A DNA stretch of 59,431 bases, filler included, from Streblomastix strix (lineage: Eukaryota), in NCBI GenBank assembly GCA_008636045.1. It is 3 parts of 3 records of this genome, joined end to end, with 100 filler letters (N's around TTAATTAATTAA, not from the genome) between each part and the next. Parts side by side here need not be neighbours in the genome. Positions count along the whole stretch, not along the records: positions 39,702 to 59,431 come from SNRW01000490.1; 2 more parts are not named here. The stretch is one strand, 5' to 3'. This document shows, piece after piece, positions 50,262 to 59,431 of this stretch (positions within the stretch are counted from its first letter, which is position 1; every line of letters starts with the position of its first letter). A program made the translations under genes and the position numbers. Under the pieces are notes generated by a model, which worked only from the letters and a program-made list of their open reading frames with translations, was not told where the DNA came from and did no database searches.

Positions 50262-52637
50262 TCAAACGATGATTGATTCGCTGATGTCTTCATTAATATC
50301 TTGGTATTCTTCTCATAATCTATCATATAATTTTATTAAATCATCGTTTAATTTATAAATCCATGTTCGTTTTTTATTGATTTATTTTCCAATTCATTGA
50401 CATTTATTTTTGAGTTATAATTACAATAATTTTTCTTTAAATTCGAATGGTTTGAATTATAGTGAGATAGTGCAAGGCATTCCTTCCTTAAATGCTTAAT
50501 AATTTTATAAGATTACATCATCGAGCTATGAACGTGAAGTTCTAATAATATCTTTTTTTTCACATCAGTGAATGAAATTATTTATTAGTTCCAATTTTTT
50601 TATATCTCTATTCATAAAATATGTAATAAATTATTGTAAATTTCAGCAATGAAGCCATTAGATAAAGAAGTGAAATATTCATGGTCGTCTCTATAAACTG
50701 CTTACATCTGCATACAACATAACGTCTATCATTATCTTCAATCTTTATAGAGAAGTTGTTGTTGGTTACCATTATCAAATTTAATAAATTTTCTGATGTT
50801 CTTCGAGGTTATTTTTTTTTTATTTATTCTAATTTTATTATCTGTTATAATTGACTTCAATGCATCCATGTTCGAAAATCTTGTTTCTCCAAATTTTTAA
50901 GTTCATTGGCTATTTCAAGTATTATATTTTCAATGACATAATTAAATTAACCTGTAAATTCATTAATATCCATTATATTTTTAATTGAATAACCTGCTAA
51001 TAATTCACATAAAACATCCGTGATTCTGTTCTTGCCTATACATTAACTGCCTTATAATATCAATGCCACATCTGATTTAACACTTGCATTTTATAAAGCA
51101 AATGCAATCCAATTTAGAACGGAATTATGTATGTTTTCATCTTCAGCTGCAATTTTTTCATATATTAATTCTAAATTATCATTAATTAGGTCTTCATTAA
51201 CAGAGGATAATTATTAATATTTATAGACTTAAAATATACAGAAAAAGTCTTATTATTCACTCATAAATTTTATTGCTCTCTACGCAAATAAAGGATTATA
51301 TTTTTCTAGAATATGGTTTAATGATATTTTCTTTTATCCATCTTCCAATAATCTAACCATTTATAACTAATCATAAGCTGCTGTTTTATTTATGAATTAA
51401 AATTTATTCTTTTTATTTACTGCATTGTATTAATTAACTATAAACACTTAATCTTTAACACATGGAGCATAATGTAATATTTTAGTTAAGTCCTGTACTA
51501 TTGGTTCATATCAATTATTTTAATATATACCGTTTTATAACTTTTTTTATACATTTCGAATAATGAGAAACTATCTTCTAAATCAATTTTTTACATTTCA
51601 ATTTAATTATTACATCTTTTTTCCTTCACAAACATAGGAATTATATACTCTTAATAATATTTCGGATTGTATTTTTTAATTATTTTTAAAGAACAAATGG
51701 ATGTGGTTATTTTTATTCATATCTTTTTTAGCAATATCAAATAATTATTTTGCTCTTTCAGTTAAATTGTTTTTATTTATATTGTTTTAATATTTCTCTT
51801 CAATAGATTAATTATCAATTCCTTCAACATTAATTATACTATTATTTACTGCAAATAATGGAAATAAAGTTATTTCATTATTTAAATTATGACTTTATGA
51901 ATCATTATGTATTTCAAGATCACTAATTCCTTTACATAACATAATCACAAAATCATTTTTCAAATCGATTAAACCTGTTGGTTGTAGTAGTGGTTTATCT
52001 TACACGTTATGTTACTCCAATTAATTGGACATGACCTATTAATTAACATCTAAGTCTATTTCAAATTTGTTCAAAATTTGTTCTAAATCACATATGTTTG
52101 TATTATTTAAATAGACATTTATTGTTTCGTATTAATATATAACTTTAATTTCTCCAATTTATTCGTGCTAATCTTCCATTAGTTTAGTTGCTTTAACTCT
52201 ATCACGTATTTTTGAACCACATTACATAATCCATCTTTATTTATCATTAACACATTTAAATATATCTAAGTTAAAATTATTACATTTATAAACTTATAAA
52301 TTTGATGTTCCCTATAATTCAAATCCGTTGATATCACAATAAATATGTAGCCCTCCATGTGCTGTTTTGATTAATCCCACATTTTAAGGCATTTTTTCAA
52401 CGATTGATTCTCGAATTTATTTTTATATTAATTTATCTAAATTTTTATTTATATCAATATCAACAACAGCTAGATTTTAACATTTTGGTATATCGATTAC
52501 TCTACCTGGACATGTTTTACCAGTTTTATCAATGATTAGAAAATTATTATAATCATAAGTGTTCACATACAAATTTTAGATACGTTCTTGAATTGTTAAT
52601 GATTAACTAGTCTGTGCTTGATTGTTTTTGACTCCAT
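50262..52637 (-). pseudogene. Prim-Pol (AEP) primase fused to D5-like SF3 helicase; frameshifted
   Basis: LAVVDIDIN (DxD), KTAHGGLHIY, Walker A LQGSQ(C)IGKN, Walker B ANE, motif C and Arg finger VTNNNFSIKIEDNDRRY. Confidence 0.85.
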
Positions 52638-52756
52638 TTATATATTGTTAAAAAGTTGAATTATTAAAAATCAAACTCTTTTATTTTTTAATTAAGTTTA
52701 AAAATTTTAACAATTGATTTTTTTATGCATATGCTTTATTTTTATAGTTACATTAA

Positions 52757-52912
52757 CAATCTGGCCATTTGTCCAGTTGGCTATAGCATTTTATAGAATT
52801 TTTTGACCCGATGCACTCGATGCACTCGGTGCAGTCAAAAGCTATTCATTAACTATATCAATTTCTCCTGTTAAAATCATGAACTTTTGATGGATATGAA
52901 TTAATGTTTTTA
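52757..52912 (-). repeat. Element-D cis-motif (reverse)
   Basis: aatctggccatttgtccagttggctatagcattttatagaattttttgac...agtcaaaagctattcattaac is the reverse complement of ~50140-50235. Confidence 0.85.
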
Positions 52913-52950
52913 TTTAAAATGAATAATTAATTATTTTTACTGTGATTAAA

Positions 52951-53494
52951 ATGAATAATTCAACCATTCCGGAAGTAGAATCATAATTTGAATAAGAAGT
53001 TGTTGTTTAATAGATTAAACCATTTTAATAACCATTTCAGGCATAAATTATCAGATGTGAAAAGCTAACATTGTCATCTAGGCGCTGAAGTTCAATATTA
53101 GAAGAAACATTAACTCCAGACTCATCAGTGTGTCATTGGCTGTTGTATATCATTAATGAAGACGAAAATATGATTAAAGAATCAGTACATTTCGTATTGA
53201 CTGAAAATTAACTGAGTCGGATAGTTACTTACACTTTTGACGTCCCCGAGAGTTAAATTTAATTGAGTATAGAGGATGAATGATGTTGTGGTAGGTTTTG
53301 CAGCGATTCAACATAAACATTAAATGAGATATTAATTGGGAACGTAAATTTCCTGAAGCTAGACGTCGAAAAAATAAATTTATTAAGGGATAGTTATAAA
53401 ACATACTTATAAAAAATTAGAAAAATAATAAATATTTAAGATTAAGGGGAGATAACAAGTAAAATTATTAGTATAATATCCAAAAGATTAATGA
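52951..53494 (+). pseudogene. Viral hypothetical protein with in-frame TGAs
   Basis: MNNSTIPEVESQFEQEVVVQQIKPFQ...FVLTENQLSRIV...; two TGA interruptions. Confidence 0.45.
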
Positions 53495-53546
53495 CAGTAT
53501 AAATTAAGTTTTGAAATCGTTAATAAATTTCTTTTATTTTTATAAA

Positions 53547-56269
53547 ATGGATGGAGATTTATGTATGCATGACATTGTTTTAAATCATGATTAAGTACTT
53601 TATTGTTCAACTAGATATAACACTATTGGTTTGATTAATGAAGTCAGAAATATTGAAAATTTAATAAATATAATTAATGACGCTCCAGAACCTTATAATC
53701 GTGAAGAAATTGATGAAATGATAGATAAAAAATTATAAATTTCTGATTAAATTAATGTTTATTCAAAGACAGAAGACGATGCTCTGCTGTTGTTGAAGGC
53801 TGATAAAACAGAACTAATTGATATTTACACAAAGACAAAAGATGACGAATTGTTAGAATTAAAATTAAGTATTTCTGATTAAATTGATGCATTTAATAAA
53901 ACTGAAGTCGATGCTCTACTCGACGACAAATTAAAATAGTAGATTAAATTGATGCATATAATAAATAAGAATATGATGCTCTGCTGTTGTTGAAAGCTGA
54001 TAAAACAGAACTAATTGATATTTACACAAAGACAGAAGATGACGAATTGTTAGAATTAAAATTAAGTATTTCTAATTAAATCGATGCATGCACTAAACAA
54101 GAGGATGATGAATTGTTGTTGCTGAAAGCAGATGAAACTGAGCTAATTGATGCATATTCGAAGACTGATGATGATGAATTGCTTGCATTAAAATTAATTA
54201 TTATTTACTAAATCGATGCATACAATAAAACTGATGTCGATGCCATACTAGACGACAAATTAAATATTTCTGATTAAATTGATGCATACACCAAATAAGA
54301 AGATGATGTTCCATTGTCGTTGAAGGCTGATAAAACAGAACTGGATAGTAATGCCGATTTAACTTTTATTCAAACAATAACTGGTCAAAATAATTCGGAA
54401 TAGTCAGTGTTTCAATTGCATCGAAATAGAGTGAAAATGAAGCTTCAATTCTTCTTCTTGCTGGTAATGGTGATATGTTTGTAAGTTCATTAGTAACCCA
54501 ACCGAAATTATAAGAAGTACGAGATATCGCTTCAGGCAAATCAAAAGGATATGTCTTTGCGACAACTGATGAGATGAATACTTATATGGAAGATTAAGAA
54601 ACCGTTGCAAAATTAGCAATAGGAGATTATTATTATATATAGTTGATAAGTAAGTTATGGACAACTGGTAGAATGGTACTGGTTTTCGAGCACTAGAAAC
54701 AGAACTGCCAGATAGGAGCAACGTAATGACCATTCTTGGTGCTGCTACAGGACGAGGCAATGCAATAACAGATTTATCATTCAGTGCAAACTCATTAATA
54801 CCTGCAAAAAATAGTTCATTTATAATGAATAATTATGATGAAAATATCACTGGTTAAAAGACATTTAATACAACAATCCATTCTGTTGGAATTTTGGTTC
54901 AAAATTACGAAAACAATAGTGTTGTTTGTGCTGCTGGTGGTGATAAAGCAATATAGGATATAAATGCAAGCATCGATTTATCAAATTATTATAATAAATC
55001 ATAAACATATTCATAAACTGAAACAGATTAAAAATTCAATCAAAAATTGAACATTTCTGATTAAATTGATGCATGCACTAAGACATAAGATGATGCGTTG
55101 CTGTTGCTGAAGGCTGATGAAACATAATTGATTGATTCACATACTAAAGGTGAAACAAATAATGTGTTAAATAATAAAGCAGATTCTGGAGTGTCATATA
55201 TTAAAGGTGAAGATGATATTTAGTTGTCGTTGAAGGCAGATAAGACATAGTTGATTGATTCATATACAAAAGGTGAAGCTGACAATCTGTTCAACACCAA
55301 AGAAAATTAATCAACTACTTATACCAAAATAGAAACTGAATAATTTATATCATAAATTTATGGAGATAATGTTGATTTGACTAATTATTATACGAAAACA
55401 AAAACGAATGAATTATTTAATGAGTAAGCAGCAACGACAAATTTATCAAATTATATGACCTTAAGTACTGAATTGACAATAAATTCAAATAAAACGTTTA
55501 ATAATAGTTGTAGATTTGTAAGTTCTATCGATGGAACGACTTTAATAACTGGTTCATAATTTATTTATTCAGGTTCAGATGATATTGTTTTGTTATTTGG
55601 AGCTGGTAGAACAAAACCAATCTCAGAATTCGCTACTACTATTGATGATTCGAATTATATCAATAAAACTTGCTAAAATTTTTAAGTTATTAAAGTAATT
55701 ATATGAAAAAATATAGATCATATGGGGAAATTTCTGAAGACGAAGAAGATTATACGACTCATAAAGAGGAGCAAATTACATACATTTCAATATCTGGTAA
55801 TTAACAAATCATTGGAACAAAATCATTTTATGATAATATAGCTGCCAATGGATTCATTAAATCTGGTTGTACCAATGAACAAGTATTATTAGTGAATCAA
55901 ACAAAGAAACCACTGTCAGAAATACCAAGTGGTGGAGAAACAGTTAAAATTATAACTGGTAAAGTTGCAATTAATGAAACAAAATTTGGTTTTAATTATT
56001 CATCTCTTGCATTTGTTATATTAGGAAATTTATATTTATTTTAATTAAAAAATACACCAAAATAAGAAGGATTTGCACCAAGTATGAATATTAAAATAAG
56101 AACTTTACCATAATTATATGCGCCAACAGTTCGCGAATTATGTATGCCAGTTGGTGGTCCATATAGTGGTTTTAAACCTCATATTAGAAATACGGGTGAA
56201 ATTAGATGTTATATCGTTAGATCCAGTTGGATTGAATAGAAAAGTTTTTCAGGTATGTGTGTTAAATGA
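53547..56269 (+). pseudogene. Long repeat-rich fibre protein (~900 codons, several frameshifts)
   Basis: Many ~21-aa repeats of the D(A/S)YTKTEDDALLLLKADKTELI type, QTITGQK / FIKSG...QVLL shaft motifs and a C-terminal beta head. Confidence 0.75.
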
Positions 56270-56367
56270 AAATAATTAAACTTCAACATTAATCCCTTCA
56301 ATTAATATTTCTGCTTATTACTACTTAAAATTGTTTGGATTAATTATTTATTTTTATTGAATATAAA

Positions 56368-56915
56368 TTTCGAACGTTTATATCGATGAAAGATTGTTAG
56401 ACGCTGCTGGTTTATCTGATTTCCTTGAATTATATGCATATATCAAAGAACGTTATTCTAAGCTGATTGATGAGCTACCACAACCTGTATCTATTGGAAA
56501 ACAAACCCTACAAGAACAGGTGAAAAATAATGATGACATTATCTATGCATCTAATAAAATGTTCGAACCACCTATCCCGAACGCTATAACGAAACATGAT
56601 TTAAATTCATAATTAAAGCGATAAAGTTTCTTAGCATCCAGTGGTTAAGAACCAAAATTAATCGTTTATAGCGATAGAATTACGCTGATTGCATCATATG
56701 CAACAACAGGTCTATTTACGAACAAATATTTATTCAAAAATTATCCCATTTAAGCAAGACAAAAAGCAGGTGATTAAGTGATTGCATTAGTTGGAACCGA
56801 TTTTCCTGATGCATATGTTATATTTTGTTATATCGATTAAACGGACCTTATAATATATGTAATAGATAAATTCCATCAAGTACTGCAATTATGCTTGATA
56901 ATACTTATTATAAAT
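56368..56915 (+). pseudogene. Viral hypothetical protein (start apparently mutated)
   Basis: SNVYIDERLLDAAGLSDFLELYAYIKERYSKLIDELPQP...; extends the ORF-track 56394-56612 through TAR codons. End approximate. Confidence 0.45.
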
Positions 56916-56918
56916 AAT

Positions 56919-57946
56919 ATGAATTATCAAAGAAAATAAATTATGATGCGAATAATGACGGAATGGTTGAAATTTCTGATACGTAGAATATTAATGGAAA
57001 AGAATAATTTGAAGCATAATCGTATGTCTATGAAACAGTAAAAAAAATAAACTTATTTATTCGAGGCTGGAGTGTAAAGACTCAATAGAACCAATTATTT
57101 AAACGGTGATATAAAATTAATGGATAAATTAGCGATATATAAGGCAGATAGAGCAGCATATTTCATTAAAGATGGACCACTAATCACATATAGTTTTGGA
57201 ACAAAATTAGCATAATTAGGCTCCAATTCTGATGCATAATAAACTATATATAAAATATTCTCGACAATCAGTAAAAAGTAATACCATCTAATATGAAATA
57301 AATGCCTATTCATGTCGAATAACAAGAATTTTCTCCTATGTATCTGTTCAAAGATATATATGATAAATCTTTAGCAGTACAGGTAGCCGTTAGTGGATAA
57401 TGGAATATGCTAGATTGTAAATTTCAAGGAACGTATGTCATTGATAACTGTATTAATGAATTAGCATCTAATGATGCATTATATGAAGATGTAGAATCTC
57501 ACATCGATGAAGTTATAATAATACATGAAAAATAATTAAGTTCATCTTCATAATTATAATATACGACAACAAATTTTTATTATCAAATTGTAATTAATTA
57601 TTTTTTTCCTTCATCAGCATCTAATTCGTTCTATATCATTGGTGATGGCACTTGTAGAGTATGCATATTCAATCTGTACTTCGAATCAAAAGGTTTGCAA
57701 TGGAGAACATAAGAAGTAGGTCGAATTCCTGATTCGACAATACCTGTATATTGTAAAAGTTTGGACTTCCCTACAGATATATATAGAACAATAGGCGGAA
57801 GATAGAGTAATTTTTCTGTAAATAATTTTATTGTAAATGCTTAGTTTAAAATGCTATACTTTTAATCACCATATCTATAAGAGTCAATTCCTTATGATTC
57901 AACTGATGTCTTTAAATATTGCGCAAGTGGAATATAATATTTGTGA
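56919..57946 (+). pseudogene. Viral hypothetical beta-rich protein (frameshifted)
   Basis: YDANNDGMVEISDTQNINGKEQFE...DVFKYCASGIQYL*. Coding-like composition across shifted frames. Confidence 0.4.
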
Positions 57947-57984
57947 AAAACATAAACGAAATCTGTGAAATTAATACGATAAAT

Positions 57985-58088
57985 ACGAATAGTTAACGAA
58001 TGACTTTTGACTGGATTTGGTGGATTGGGTGGATTGAGTCAGAAATTTCTATAAAAAGCTGTGGCCAACTGGATCAATGGCCAGATTG
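57985..58088 (+). repeat. Element-D cis-motif (forward) upstream of integrase
   Basis: gttaacgaatgacttttgactggatttggtggattgggtggattgagtcagaaatttctataaaaagctgtggccaactggatcaatggccagatt. Confidence 0.85.
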
Positions 58089-58135
58089 ATAATTGACTTA
58101 ATTAAAGATTTGAACATAAATTCTTTTATTTTTGT

Positions 58136-59296
58136 ATGAAATAATTGCAAAATGAAAATAGTTCGTATGGGGATATACTTAAGACGTTTGCTTATTATAA
58201 ATATCAAAGAGATAAATGTGAGTTTGAAGTATAATAAGATACTGACGATAAAGCATTTAAAGTTTAATTCAAAATGAATCTGCGAGAGTTTATAAAAAAT
58301 ATCTTTAAAATTGCAAATAAAAAACACATTGATGTTATGATAGAAAAAGCTGAAGAGATAATTATTGGAAAACGAACAGTGAATGATTTGTACTATTATT
58401 ATAGTTCAGTTTAATCATAATTTGAACCAACAAAATAAATGAATAAATAAAAGAATAAAACAGTTGGATAAAGATACTTAATTTGCGGGCCAATCATCTG
58501 CTGCTGATGAAGAGAAAAATATGTTCTATTCTCCATTCAAAACAAAATTAAAATTATTTGAAAAAATCAATAAATAAAAATATGTTAACAATTAATTCTT
58601 ACATATTAGAGATTATAAATTGAAACCTTTACAAAAACTACATTGGTCGTATTTCTCTCCAAAATTGGGCAGTTGGGAAGTAGATATTGTCATTTCTGTC
58701 AATTAAGCCTTGCAGGAAAATTATGATAAATATGATGCAACAATCTTTGAAGAAAATGAAATAAGATAACAAATAGGATAGCAAAGAAGAAAAACAAATA
58801 TGTATCTATTTTACATAAAAATTTATACGAAATATTTAGTATTATATCCTTTGATAGATAAATCAGCAGCATAGGTAGTCGGATAGTTTTAAATATTAAT
58901 AAAAAATTATTACATAAATAATATTCGTGGTGATGGTGAGAAAAGATTTAGTAGTTCATATTTTGTTATATTTTGTTCATAAATTAAGATTAATAGTTAT
59001 TTCACTGACTCATAATTCACTAATCATAATGGAGTAGTCGATTCAGTTATTCGTACATTAAGGAATGCATTTGGTTATAAATTTAATTATTTTTTCATCA
59101 AATCAATAAATGTAAATTGACTTTAGTAATTACAATAGTACACAACATCTAGCGTTTCAAAATAAGTATTGTCCAAATTAAGTTCAATTATCAAGAGATT
59201 TAGAAGGATAATATGTTCATTCATAAATGAAGAAATTAGAACAATAACTGGTGAGATAATAATAGAAGGATATATTATTATTTAAGGTTAGAAATA
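58136..59296 (+). pseudogene. Retroviral-type (rve) integrase of Maverick/PLV type; decayed
   Basis: GSWEVDIV (D1), TKYL..YP..DKS, NIRGDGEKRF (D2), NHNGVVDSVIRTLRN (third acidic position). Frameshifts and TGA stops. Confidence 0.8.
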
Positions 59297-59431
59297 TACA
59301 GGGTGGTGAAAAAGTCCGTATTCTGGACTTATCTTTTCAAGTATGTAAATATGAATTAAATTATTTATATATATGTATCACACATTTGAATATTTACATT
59401 TTTCATACAAAACATAAATCCAATCGATAAA
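59297..59431 (+). mobile_element. Probable left end of a Tc1/mariner element (TA + CAGGGTGG TIR)
   Basis: ta|cagggtggtgaaaaagtccgta resembles mariner-type TIR starts and coincides with loss of the integrase frame. Partner TIR not in window. Confidence 0.5.

Larger units (their letters stand above)
50010..59298. mobile_element. Endogenous PLV-like element D (primase-helicase, fibre, rve integrase)
   Basis: Intronless TAR=Gln genes, three copies of a ~100-145-bp cis-motif, and fibre shaft motifs shared with elements A-C. Confidence 0.75.

Noticed and set aside
53700..55450. DNA-level tandem repeats suggesting a diversity-generating retroelement or repeat array
   Set aside because: They are in-frame protein repeats of the fibre shaft. 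No reverse transcriptase or adenine-specific template/variable pair is seen.

Overview
AT-rich protist DNA read with a non-standard code (TAA/TAG = Gln, TGA the only stop) and GT-AG introns. This fits an oxymonad such as Streblomastix, though that is an inference. The supplied standard-code ORF track is therefore mostly fragments or antisense noise. Two N-gaps containing a TTAATTAATTAA linker (19764-19863, 39602-39701) split the window into three contigs. About half of the window is intronless endogenous Maverick/Polinton-like virus (PLV) DNA using the host code. Elements A (1-~3860) and B (~12700-19763) are syntenic, oppositely oriented structural modules with a putative major capsid protein (MCP) and fibre genes; B also shows an adenovirus-pVI-like peptide. 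A 5'-truncated pPolB (23825-26220) is cut by a 412-bp AGTAG-terminated mini-element. Element C (~26650-39500) has pPolB with vOTU-like and HNH-like domains, two HNH genes, MCP, pVI-like peptides, fibre and a packaging ATPase fragment. Element D (~50010-59298) has a Prim-Pol/SF3 helicase, a long fibre and an rve integrase. Functional modules in C and D are bracketed by inverted copies of family-specific cis-motifs. Host genes: an SDR (KCR/17bHSD-like), an RRM-RNase III fusion, a DHFC-variant palmitoyltransferase and a PH-IQ-IQ-anoctamin. There are also a decayed CCT7, a hAT-like transposase remnant and a probable mariner TIR. All translations were done by hand, and coordinates of degenerate genes are approximate.
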